A stretch of 63,380 nt of DNA, counting the filler, from Folioceros fuciformis (Eukaryota): the NCBI GenBank assembly GCA_049999805.1. It is 19 parts of 19 records of this genome, joined end to end, with 100 filler letters (N's around TTAATTAATTAA, not from the genome) between each part and the next. Parts side by side here need not be neighbours in the genome. Positions count along the whole stretch, not along the records: positions 47,045 to 49,578 come from JBNGIO010006864.1; positions 49,679 to 52,814 come from JBNGIO010006865.1; positions 52,915 to 59,589 come from JBNGIO010006866.1; 16 more parts are not named here. One strand, 5' to 3'. Of this stretch, positions 47,045-59,232 are shown piece by piece; position 1 is the stretch's first letter, and every line of letters begins with the position of its first letter. Both the position numbers and the translations under genes were made by a program. The notes beneath the pieces are model-generated. The model saw nothing but the letters and a program-made list of their open reading frames with translations, made no database searches and was not told where the DNA came from.

Positions 47045-49578
47045 GCCCATGAAGACCATCATCGTCCAGCAAATACCGCTCCCTTGGATCCCCACCAGCA
47101 AGATAGACACCATCTCCCATTCGCATCCTTTCGTCTGGCATGTGGCTATCCCAATCGTTCTCCCCTAGAGCCATTGCCTCTCCCGGAAACAAACCTCGAG
47201 GCGGAAAGGGACCACCGTGAGGCATGGGAAAACCCCTTCCAGTATCCATATGCAATACAGGGCCATTCCCTGCACCACGTCCATCATTGGCTGTAACCTT
47301 CATATCCTCCATCCTTTCTCGTTGTGTCCTGTCTCTGTAGTGGTCCTTCCTACAGTCGACTGACTCTTCCCACTCCCGGCCTTGCTCCCTGCTGTCCCGG
47401 TCCCATCCCCATTCAAACTCTTTTTCCCTGGCTGGCCTGTCTCGTTCTCTATGTCTGTCTCGGACTCGGTCCCGACCCCTTCTGTATATCTTATTATCCC
47501 TATCAAAGTCCTCTCTCTCCTCTGACCAATCCTTCTCATGATCATCACCTTCTGCAGCATGCCAGCCTACTCTCCCATCAGGGCTGGGTGATCCCCGTGC
47601 AACTTTTCCACTGCGGCTCCTTGGTGCATATCTCATGTCCTCGGATTCTTCCCATACTGGCTCATTAGTGTCTCTGGCCCTCACCCTATCTCTTTCCTCG
47701 CCTCCTCGTCCTCCTCTTCTTGATGACCTCCCACCATCCTCGGCACCCTCCACGTCTTGATGAACAATGCGATTCCTATTGTCCCTGCCACATCGATGCT
47801 TCTCAAGTTTATCTTCCTCCCCCCGTTTGCTTCTTCCAGCTCTACCGGTCCCTTCCAGCTCATCCCAACCAACGTCGGGTCTGTCTCTTGCTCCTCTCAA
47901 CCGATCCCTATGATCCTCCACCCTTTCATTCTTCCTTGCAGTCTGTTTAGCCGGATCTTCAAGGTCCTCTCCTTCCAATTCAGGATGACCTGGATCCACT
48001 CGTTCTTGGCTGGCAACTTTATCATACCTTGAATCAGGTTCATCTTTAGGATGTCTCATGCCACGATCTTTTTCTCGCCCAGTTCTCTTCTTCTCAGAAG
48101 AAAGAAGGTTCTCTTGATCCTCCCAACCAACTCGTTTGTTATCAACCTCCTTCCCCCTCCGGTTTCTCTTCATATTAACATCCAAAGCAGGTGCCTGAAG
48201 CTGACCATCTAAATTTCCCCGCTCCAGTCTAGCCTCCCTGAATCCAAAGTCCTGATCATAATCATCCATGTCTCCCGTCCTCCCGGCTGGACTAACCGAC
48301 CCCCGGGCAGCCTTTCCACTTCGGTTCTTGCCAGCATGCCTAGAGTCTTCGGGCTCATCCCAACCTAACTGTACAGCATCTCGACCCCTCAACCTATCCT
48401 TCTCATCATCCCCCCGGCCTCCTTTGAAGGTGGACCTCGCCCCATCCTCCACGTCATAATGGTTACCACCAGTTTTTTCCCTACTCGACCGGTGTTTCTC
48501 TAGCCTCTCTTCTTCTCCCCTTTTGCTTCTATTTGCTCTACCACTTCCTTCTAAATCATCCGGACCACCATCTGCTCGCTCTCTCCCACTTCTTAGTCGA
48601 TCCCTATGGTCTTCAACCCTGTCAGGTTTTCTTCCAGCGAGTTTGCATGAATCATCCCCGTCCTCCAACTCAGAATCCCTGTTAGGATGCCCCAGATCTA
48701 CGAGCCTACCTGAACCATCATCATCCTTTGCCTGTCTCATACCCCGATCTCTGTCCCGCCCATTTTTCTTTTTCTCAGCAGCAAGAGAGCTTTCGTGATC
48801 GTCCCGCCCAGCCCTTCTACTTTCCAGGTCTCTACCCCTCCTACTTTTCTTGGAGTTGACATCCAAACCTAGCACCGTGAATTGGACATCAAGTTTCCCC
48901 CTCTCAATTACGTCATCAGCTCGTAGTTCCTTACCATCTGCAGACTCATAAACTAAATCATGGCGTTCCGGCCCAGTGGCATTATCAACCTCTTCCTCAA
49001 TGCGATGTTTGTCAGATTTACGACTTGTCTTCCCTTCAGAAGCTCTCTTGCCTGAACGTGAATCTAAAAAGTCACCTGTAATGCTGACAACCAGGTCCTT
49101 TTCCCCCTTCGCCCCAGGCACAGTGATCTTTCTGCGGGTGAAACCTGAAGCCTCTTCCTTCTGTCCCCTCTCAAGCCTGCCTGATTTCTCACCCTTCTCC
49201 CTCCTACTCTCAGACTTTCCTCTGTCATCCCCATCCTTGAGCTGCTTGCCACTCCCTTTGAACTGCTTCTCAGGGTGCTCCTCCCAGTCCTTCACTTCTT
49301 TGAACTCACCGACATCATTTGACCCAACATCCTTGAAAGACCTGTATGATTTCCCTCCTTTCTCGTTGTAATCGTCCTGCACGTCCCTGAAAGACCTCTC
49401 ACCTCTGTCATAGTCAGCTGTGTGCTCCTTTCCCCCTCTCGCCCCCTTCAGAACAACGTCTTCAGCGGGCTCGTCCCCAGATCTCCAGCCTCTGTCGCCA
49501 TACTCCTCACACTCCTCCTTCAACGTACGGATCGATCTGTCAGCCCCTCTTCCCTCAAATTCGTCTCTGACATCCTTA
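47045..49578 (-). CDS. Internal part of a large R/D/E/G-rich, probably disordered nuclear protein, possibly the N-terminal region of MTB/METTL14; partial at both ends
   Basis: Frame open across the contig (>820 codons), charged low-complexity composition with RD/RE repeats; no folded domain visible, so the MTB suggestion is weak. Confidence 0.6.
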
Positions 49579-51464
49579 NNNNNNNNNNNNNNNNNNNNNN
49601 NNNNNNNNNNNNNNNNNNNNNNTTAATTAATTAANNNNNNNNNNNNNNNNNNNNNNNNNNNNNNNNNNNNNNNNNNNNGGGCAAGGGAAGGGCTGGGTAG
49701 TGAGAGGGTTGTGTCTGGATGTGTGGGAGCTGGGTTTTTTTGCGCATTTTCATGGCGTTTACGGCGTTGGGTTAGAAAAGCGTTTTGGGACTTTGGACAC
49801 GGTACGATGATACCATGGCATTTTAGCTTGCGATGTCGGCTCAGATGGGCTTATGACAAAACATTTGATTCTGTTTGTTCCATCGACTGTCATTGAATAT
49901 GTTGTGAACTACATCTTTTAACTTCGCTCTAGCACAATATCAAAGTTGAATGGCAATCGGCAACAACCCTTGAACAAGGAGGGCATGTTCAAATCATCTA
50001 CTCCGGCCAAAAATCTATATACGATTTCAGTGTGGCGTGTCTATTTGCGGCCAGTGTTCTACTTCGCGAATTCAAGCGAATTCTAATGGGAGCCCATGGT
50101 TTGTCGGCTACAGGGCATCAAGAAATGAAGAATTGAAATTGCAAAGTTATACAGCTCACTACCTGACACCCGTCCCTGTGCTACGCAAATCCCGCCGTGT
50201 CGCAAACTCTGGCGAATATTTCGACCTTGATGTATAGTTCAATGCGTGCGTTTTTATTTGCTACATTATCATACATCTATATACGCGCTCATCTGAAAAG
50301 AGCCTCTTTACGAGTGCAGACACTTCTATCTCCGTTAGCGTGTCTAACCTAAAGTCTTACCAACTCCTATGCTGCTATATCAACTTATAAACTCTTTCAA
50401 CTACTTTGTGTGAGGCCAGCAAGTCAATGCCGGATCTGAGGCAAGTGTATCTGATTGCCACCCCGGTCAGTACTTCCTCGGGACACATCGTCCGCATGGC
50501 TACACTAAGCCTGTCCGCGGCGTTGTGCGTTACCAATTCGCGTGGTTCCATAACCCATGCTAAGCTTGCGGCCTCAATGGACGTGGCTGATCATACAGCC
50601 AAAGACCTCGAACATGTGCTTATTTAGCATCGGCTTCATGGGTTACGACAAAGAGTCCTCGTGGTACCGAGTTGTTGTCAGGTTAAGATCGACACGCAGA
50701 ATTGAAATAGAATTGACAGCCAGATTCGCAGAGAGTAACACGAGCGATAAGACTCGGCACCATCCATGGCTGTTCCGTAAGCGCTGGGATCGGTGACTGC
50801 GACGTAGAGCGATAGCTCATTGCAACATACCCGTACCTATGAGAAATGCCAGAACTGAGTAAGAAAGCATCGTCATCACCTTGGATCGGTACACACATGA
50901 CTCGCCTCTTCAGAAAAACTATGTTTGGAGTTCTGTAGGTCGAGTTGAATCTTAAACTTAGTTGGAAGAGCGGTCTCGAATGTTCAATTTTGGGCTCTAG
51001 GCCTCACCGCTTTGCTATTGAGTTGAGGCTCGTCGCCAGACAATATGAGGCCTTCCAGGTAAGTTTTTGTCAAGATTGGCTGATGCGGACAGCACTCCAG
51101 CCATTTATAGGCAAAGAAGCTTATCACTCATTTCTTTTGTGTCTGTGAATAGTTCCGAATGGCATGTACGAATGCCTATAATAGCCTCGATTAGTGGTAG
51201 CCAACTCTATGAAGAGCATGGTGTTATTGCGGGTGAAGGCCAGTCGCTGGGTAAACCTGCCGAAGTTTTGTGGTTCCGGCAACCTTCCCCTTCCAATGAA
51301 CATGCATCATACTTTTCATGCAAACTTCTACTACATAGCTATTGCATAATTGTTACACAAATATGACAAGATGGACGGTTCATTTTTGAATATTTAATAG
51401 GTCCTTCGCGTTTTTATTAATCCCATTTGCTGGTAACACCCGGCAGCTGACCAACTTTCTCTAT

Positions 51465-51945
51465 ATGTTCAAAACAACTACAATGCATCAATCCAATAGA
51501 GTTCAGGGAAATTGTCGTCCGTTGCTTCCAGCACTATCACGTCGCCCGGCAGCGGTAAGTCCAAAGAAGCATATTAGAAGGTCAACTGCCGCCTGCCAAA
51601 AATGCCGAGAACATAAATCAAAGGTACAGTCGCAGATGAATTTGCATATGACAGATAGTACTAACTTACACTTAAGTGTGATGGCCAACAAGCTAAATGT
51701 ACGGCATGCATCTCGCGAAACTCAATTTGTGAATACAACGAGACTAGCAAGAAAAAGGTAGCTACGCATTTCTACCGTATATACCATAAGGACTGATGAT
51801 ATATTAGGCAGTGCGGCAAGCACGATTGAGCGAAACGCTGGTAGCTTTGCTCAAGTCCTTACCTAGGGAAGAAGCTATTACCCTTCTTAATCAGCTTCGA
51901 GACGGTCACGACCTTGACACCATCACAAATTCTGCAACTCAATAA
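51465..51945 (+). CDS. Fungal-type Zn(II)2Cys6 transcription factor (short, ~125 aa; possibly truncated)
   Basis: Exons 51465-51623, 51677-51757, 51808-51945 give CQKC-REHKSK-C-DGQQAK-CTAC-ISRNSI-C-EY (CX2CX6CX6CX2CX6C). Introns of 53 and 50 bp; TACTAAC branch site at 51659-51665. Confidence 0.85.
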
Positions 51946-53081
51946 AGTAGTAACCTTTTCAGCAAACAGAAGCAGACATGTCTGTCTGTGGGAATAGCTC
52001 ACAGAACGGAACATCTCAGAGGTTTTCCAGTTTGCGGACGCACCGCACATCTTAAGAAATTCTATAAGCTAGCACCTATAGTGTGATACAGATGATCTTA
52101 TACATATAGTAGACTCTATAACACACATGCTTCTATGCTAGCACACTCCCCGCGTAGGCTATGCGGAACTTTATTATAATATATGACCGACCGCTAAACT
52201 GATTTCAAGCCGTGTATACCATTAGAGCGCTTCTTAAAATTGCCTACCAGAGTAGGAATGGTAGCAAAATCAGATTTCTGATAACTAGCTGTCGAACATC
52301 TTCGCTTTCTCTGAAGGATGCGATTCATCTGGGCCAACTACCGTATCTATTACGAGGCCATCGCCATCTATGTAACAGCTAGAGCAAGGTTTTCGTTTGC
52401 TTGCCGTTTGACAAGATATTCCAACTCGGAGCCCAGCAGAGATCAAATTCCTCATTTGTGGCTTTCTGGCTTGTAACTGCACTCATTCGCGATATGGAAT
52501 CAACGAAAGCTTTCTCCTCGGGTAAGGTGAGATATTGTGATGCAAAATCAGTAGAACCATTGCGGCAAGTGAGGGGAAATTTCGCGTAATGGAGCAATAG
52601 ATGCTACCTTCTGGTACTGTGAAGTGCTACAGGTCAAGCTCAATCACAGCTAACCTATCCTCAATCTCCGCTGCAATCCATCAATGTACATCTCCCCCCA
52701 AATCAGCTCTCAAATCCTCGCCTAACCTCCTGCCCAATCCAACTCACAAACTCAATTCCCCAAAGCCCAAAAGCAAAACTTTCCGCGCAAACGCCCCTCC
52801 TACTCCCTCACCACNNNNNNNNNNNNNNNNNNNNNNNNNNNNNNNNNNNNNNNNNNNNTTAATTAATTAANNNNNNNNNNNNNNNNNNNNNNNNNNNNNN
52901 NNNNNNNNNNNNNNAGGTTAAACCACTTAGGGTTGCCATATGAACAGACACGCAAACAGTACTTAAACAGTTTTTGTACACATATAATATTATTCCTATT
53001 TTTTGCTGCTTGCTTGCCTCCGCCCGTTTTCCTCACATGGTATCAGAGCCATGCTCTGTTTCTTAATGCAATTCCTGGAAG

Positions 53082-53786
53082 ATGCCGAAACGGGGTGGTC
53101 CACCTAGATGTCCTAATCGTGGTGGGATCTTGAGACACTCTCAGCAATCAAGATACCCACCAAAACGAACAGCACTGCCACAATTGGATATTGACACAGT
53201 GCTTGACATCTATGGACTGAACTACCCCATTCAATTGTTGCAGAGGTTTGCCAAATTACGTGATATAAGGGAAACATCTGATTTTTATTTAAACAAAAAT
53301 CGAGAACTTGATCGTCTCTACAGAGAGCGTTCTCATAGGAGAAGGCAAAATCCTGATTTGTATTGCTTTCCTAAAACAGAAATATCTAGTCTACTAGATT
53401 TTCTGCTGGCGTCCGCTGCTGATACATCACACCCTTTGCCACATGCTTCTGGTAAACCTGCCACTGTCAAGCAACCTGCAGCAACACAGGCCAGTGACAG
53501 CGTTAGCTCTTTTATTGGTTTTGGGAGAGGATCCGACACAGGGATAGAATCTCTCCTGACCAGAATTCAACAATTGCTGTCACATATAATTACGAACCAG
53601 GAATTTTTGAAAAACAGAGTTCCGATACGAAACCCTAAAATTGAGCAAGCAGCTGTTAAGAGCACACAAGAAATCTCAAGAGACATCAAAAACGTTTCTG
53701 ATTTTCTGCAATTGATGGACTTGAGGCTTCGTGAGCGAGAACAGGGTTGCCCTCACTCGGGACCCAGCTCGCCTGCTCGAGCATAG
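53082..53786 (+). CDS. Retrotransposon-internal extra ORF upstream of gag (234 aa, unknown function)
   Basis: ATG-initiated intact ORF between PBS and gag; basic N-terminus and amphipathic, coiled-coil-like C-terminus. Confidence 0.6.
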   Translation: MPKRGGPPRCPNRGGILRHSQQSRYPPKRTALPQLDIDTVLDIYGLNYPIQLLQRFAKLRDIRETSDFYLNKNRELDRLYRERSHRRRQNPDLYCFPKTEISSLLDFLLASAADTSHPLPHASGKPATVKQPAATQASDSVSSFIGFGRGSDTGIESLLTRIQQLLSHIITNQEFLKNRVPIRNPKIEQAAVKSTQEISRDIKNVSDFLQLMDLRLREREQGCPHSGPSSPARA

Positions 53787-54222
53787 TGAATCTTCCGCTG
53801 CCATAGAGCGGGGGCAACATAGGCGCAGGAGCGCTCCCCCTGTATTCAGATATGAATCAGTGCATTCTCCCCTTGCACCTCTTGATCAGACTACATATTT
53901 TAGTGTACATTGGTCCACTTGTACCTATCACTTCAGCAGACGGTCACGACGGTTATTTTCCTAGTTTTAACCTAATTTTTTGACGAACTGTTATTCAAGT
54001 TAGGGTTTGCAGGCACATACATGACTTTTCGCACCAGGCATGCGCGCCCAACATGTTGTTTAGCCTAATAGGCATTGATCCAATGCTCTCTCCAGCTGAA
54101 TAACATAGTTCTCTGTCCCTGCATGTACTGGTTAGCGCCTTCAGCAATACTGGGTGTGCAAGGATGACAACTTAGCTATTTTTCAGAAGAAACCATAGTT
54201 CTTCTTAATTGTCTAGCTTTTC

Positions 54223-57200
54223 ATGTCCTTCGCAGCCCAGCTGAACGCTAATTTTAGCAGTCTCACGTTGCAACCTGTAAACCCAACGCCCCAACCACTC
54301 ATCATGGCTGCCCCGTCTGCCTCCTCCACATCTTACACATCAGATGTCAAAGGCAAGGATCGTTTCAATGGAACTGGTTACCAGGTTTGGAGGGTCCGTA
54401 TGAAGGCTGTTCTTGTTGCCAGAGGTGTGTGGACAAGTGTTGATGGGAGCTTTCAGAAGCCTGATCCCAAATCTCAGCCGGACGAGTACGCCAGGTGGGA
54501 GCACAATAACAGTGTGGCCATGGCTCTGCTCATCAACGCACTAACTGCAGACCTTGTCCTTGATGTTGAATTCTTGACCCTGGCCAAGGAAATTTGGGAT
54601 CAGTTGGAGACTACCTACCACTCCATAAACATGATGTCCTTGTCAGCCGTGAGGATGCAATTCTACTCTTTGAAAATGAAGGAGGGAGAGAAGATAGCAA
54701 CTCACACCAGCAAGTTTCGGCAATTGAGAGCCTAGATCACGTCGTTGACTGGCCACAAAATGCCTGAAGTGGAGGCTGTGTCTCAGCTCCTCATCAGTCT
54801 CCCCCCTTCATATCATAATTTCATCACCAGCCAAAACGCCTCCATCAAGCCTGGCATAGCTGCTGCCAACGCCCCCACTGTTGAGGAAGTGATTGGAGCA
54901 CTATACCAGGAAGAGCAAGCCAGGTTGCTTCATGGCTCTGTTGCTTCTAAAGCAGCACGCCCCGAGAAGGCTCTAGCTGTGAATTTCAGACCTAAAGGCA
55001 AGTCTAAATTCAGAGGAGGAAATCAAGGCGGAAGCTCTTCTGGTCGATCTGAATCTACCAGACCTGACTCTGCCAGTCCTTCCACCAAACATCCTGGCAC
55101 CTGCAATTGGTGTGGAACTCCTTGTCATTGGGCACGAGAGTGCCGCAAACGCAAGGCGGGTGAGCCACAGAAACAACCACTTGCCAACGTTGCTGTGAAG
55201 GAAAAGCAGAATGTTGACAAGGCAACAGTGAAGATACTTACTGTATGCTTATCAAGTTCTCTTCATAACAATGGCTGCTGGTATCTTGACTCTGGAGCCA
55301 CAACTCACATGTGTAAAGACAGGGAGTTGTTCTCCACCCTAGACCTTGTTCATGTCCATGACAAGGTGCTGTTAGGTGACGAGCAAAGTAAATCTAGCCT
55401 GCGTATAGAAGGCAAAGGCACCTGTGTTTTCAGACTGCATGATGACACAGACCTCACGTTAGAAGACGTGTTGTACGTACCTAGCATGGCCAAAAACCTC
55501 ATGTCTATGAGTAGGCTGATGCAATTACGAACCTTTTGCATTCGTGCTGATTTCAACCACTACTCGTTTTACAAGAAGGCATATCCTGAAAAATGTGTCT
55601 TCAAAGGCATACTAGATCATGACCTTTACAGGTTGAACATAGTATGTAGCCAACCACCTGTCGTTAGACATGCTGCACACTCCACTGCCGCCCATCCACT
55701 TAGTTCTAAGCAGGAAGCAATTTTGTGGCATGCTAGGCTGGGCCACGTTAATAGGTCCAAACTGATTGACATGTCTGTTACAGAATGTCATAGAGAACCT
55801 CTGCCGAAATGTTTCAAAGACTTACCTGTTTGTGAGTCTTGCATTTTAGCAAAACACAAGGAGTCCGCCTTCCTAGGTACACCTGCCCATAGAGCCACAC
55901 AAGTGCTGGAATTAATTCACGCTGATATATCTGGAAAGATACATGAACCCTCCCTAGGAGGATCACGATATTTCTTCACTTTAACAGATGATTTCAGCAG
56001 ATATACATGGACCTTCCCAATGCAGCTCAAAAGTGATACCTTCAGCATTTTCAAAGACTGGCTCTCTACAACTCAAAGGCAATCAAGCATGCATCTGAAA
56101 ATATTAAGGTCAGACAACGGATCTGAGTTTGTGAACTCATCCTTTGATGAGCTGCTCCAGGAACATGGCATCCTTCGCCAGCTAACAGTCCCCTACACAC
56201 CACAACAAAACGGTGTGTCTGAGAGGAAAAATCAGACGTTGCTTGGCATGACCAGAAGTATGCTTATTTGGGCAGGCTTACCGCAAGGATACTGGGCTGA
56301 GGCCATCGTAACAGCTACATACATACTGAACAGGGTCCTTACTAGCTCCGTTCCACAAAAGACACCATATGAGGTGTTCTGGAACAGGAGACCTAGCTTA
56401 CTACACCTAAGAACTTTTGGTTCACGTGCTTTTGCATATATCCCTACTAAAAAACGAAAGAAGCTAGAACCTCGTGCTCAAGGACTGGTTTTTGTAGGCT
56501 ACAGTGAGCATGCGAAAGCCTACAAACTGTACAACCCACTACAAGACTCTATGCTCCTTGCTCGAAGTGTTACCTTTTTGGAGCCCAACTCACCGGCCCC
56601 TGGCACACTACAAGACGTTCTATCTTTGTCAACAGATAACGAAGATGTTGTCTCGACTAATCCAGTAGAGTACCCCCTGGATGACATGGAACTGGTTGAC
56701 ATCCCACCTGCCAAACCTGCAGCTGCTGCTGTTGAAGCATTGGAGCTTGATCCAGAGCCTCCAATCCATCAACAGTCCGGCCAACAGTCAGACAATGATG
56801 CACAAGTTTCCGACAATGGTGAAGTAGCCACAGAACGGACTCACAATGAAAATGCAAACGGAGTTGCAGAGATCAATGACTTACCCATGCAGGACCAAGA
56901 GGGGGCTGATGCTCCAGACCCTGCGGATAATGTAAACCCTCATGCCAATGAGCCAGCACCTGAACCACCTGCCCCTGAGCTTAGACGCTCAACTCGTCAT
57001 CGCCCACCTCCCTCAGAATGGGCAGAACCAAGATATCAATCTGTAGACTTCAGGACTAACCTTGCAGCTAAGACTTCCTTGCCAGATGAACCAACTAGCC
57101 TGCAGCAGGCCTTCAATGGGCCTGAGTCCATACAATGGAAGGCTGCTGTTGAGGACGAATACCAATCTCTTGTGAAAAATAAGACTTGGATTCTAACAGA

Positions 57201-58674
57201 CCTTCCAACAGGGCGCAAGGCTATCTCCTGCAAATGGGTTTTTAAACTCAAGTTAAATGCTAAGGGTGAGGTAGCTAGATTCAAAGCCAGGTTAGTTGCC
57301 CGAGGGTTCACACAAGTAGAGGGTTTGGATTACCAAGAAACGTTTTCACCAGTTGTGAGAACACAATCCATTCGTATCCTCCTTGCTTATGCTGCAGAAC
57401 ATGATCTTGACTTGCACCAGATGGACGTTTGTACAACATATTTATATGGGACCCTAGACGAGGAGCTTTATATGCACCAGCCTGAAGCTTACGTAGACCC
57501 TGCACACCCAGACAAAGTGCTCAAGCTCTTGAAGTGTATTTATGGTTTGAAACAGAGTGGGAGAGTGTGGTATTTAACCATGCATCTCTATTTGACCAGC
57601 ATAGACTTTGTTCAGAGTGTAGCGGACACGAATGTCTACAGACTTACCCGTGGCTCGTCTCTTGTCCTCCTTGCCCTTTACGTGGATGATGTGATCTTTG
57701 CTACGAATGACCAGCAGCTATTATCAAACGTCAAGGTTAAGCTCTCCAGCAAGTTTGACATGAAGGATATTGGCGAACTTAAATTTTGCCTTGGCATCCA
57801 GCTATTGCGGGTCCGCTCCGAGGGCCTCCTGTTCATCCACCAATTCAAATATGTTAACGAGATTCTGTGCAAGTTCCACCTGGACCAAGCTCATCCAGCA
57901 GCCACACCATATGCAACAGGAGTCAAGCTCATGAGAGAACAATGCCCTGAAACTTCAGCTAACAAGAAAGACATGGCTGACGTACCTTATCGACATGCCG
58001 TCGGAAGTTTGATTTTTGTGGCCAACTGGACTCGTCCAGATATCCAATATTCTGTGAGCACTGTCTCGCAGTTCCTTGAGAATCCTGGCAGGCCCCACTG
58101 GGTAGCTGTTAAACGCATCTTCCGTTACCTCAAAGGCACCCATCGTTATAGACTTATGTACAGACGTAGCGGACACTCTAAGCTCACTCTTACCGGATTT
58201 ACAGATGCAGATTGGGCCACAGATTCCGACTCCCGCCGCAGTCTTTCAACCTACTGTTTTCTGCTGGCCAATGCTGCTGTCACCTGGAGCTGCAAAAAGC
58301 AAGCTTCCATATCCCTCAGCAGCACTGAATCTGAGTATAAATCGCTGATTGAGGCCTCTAAGGAAGCTGAGTGGGAGAGGACTTTCCTCGCTGACCTCAA
58401 CGAGAAGCAGCTCCAGCCTACCCTTCTTCTCTGTGACAACACATGTGCACTGGAATTAGTGGCCAAGCCCAAATATCACGCTCGAACAAAGCATATTGAA
58501 ATTCAACACCACTACATACGTGATGTTGTGGAACGCGGGATTGTCAAGGTGGATTACATCCCGACTGATGGAAATATAGCTGATATCTTGACCAAAGGAC
58601 TGCCTAAGCCTAAGCACTACTTACACATGGAAGGCCTAGGACTACATGATTTCTCTGCCTATTTTGACCAGTGA
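54223..58674 (+). CDS. Copia gag-pol polyprotein interrupted by one in-frame TAG (54733-54735)
   Basis: Gag FNGTGYQVW...AKEIWDQL; Zn knuckle CNWCGTPCHWAREC; protease WYLDSGATTHM; GAG-pre-integrase LWHARLGH; integrase LRSDNGSEF, QQNGVSERKN; RT YVDD; RNase H TDADWA, ADILTK. Confidence 0.95.
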
Positions 58675-59232
58675 TGTGCTATCATCTGGATTGAGTGGGA
58701 ACCGTTCTTTCAGCCCCTTATGCTGAACACTTTCCACTCCTTCACATCCAGACACTGCACAAGCACATGTAAATGGACAAACAGTCAGATCCTACAGGCA
58801 GAATACACAAGGCTTATGAGGACCAGCAAGCGGATGAAGCACAACTTCCTACCCAATCGCTTGGCCGCATCCCCTACAGCAACCCTATTCTTCATATTGC
58901 TTCTTCCTCAGAAACTCCAGCAAGGTGGCAGCTTTCTCCAGCTGCTTGACGAGGCTCTTTTCACCCTCTGTCCCCAAGGACTCTTTGGGCAGCTTTATCT
59001 CCTCCCCTTCCTTCACACGTCCCCAGATCACTGAGATGTTGAGTTCCACATGATAGCCACCTGCGCAGATGCGCTGGCCCGTGCAGTGGCGCCCTTCCCA
59101 TGACCAACCGATGCTTGGCTCCCCCTGCGTGGAAGATGCCGAGCCTGAGGTAGACTGTGTAGGCTTTGCCTTGCGTCGCCGACCAGATCTGCGATCACCA
59201 GCACCATAATTAGTCCCTCTCCGTGTCACCAT
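58642..59232 (-). pseudogene. Antisense accessory ORF of the copia element, RING-like Cys/His domain, with three internal TAG stops
   Basis: MVTRRG... open for 115 aa; in the same frame, past TAGs at 58887-58885, 58851-58849 and 58794-58792, it reads GCCRGCGQAIG*EVVLHPLAGPHKPCVFCL*DLTVCPFTCAC. Confidence 0.5.
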
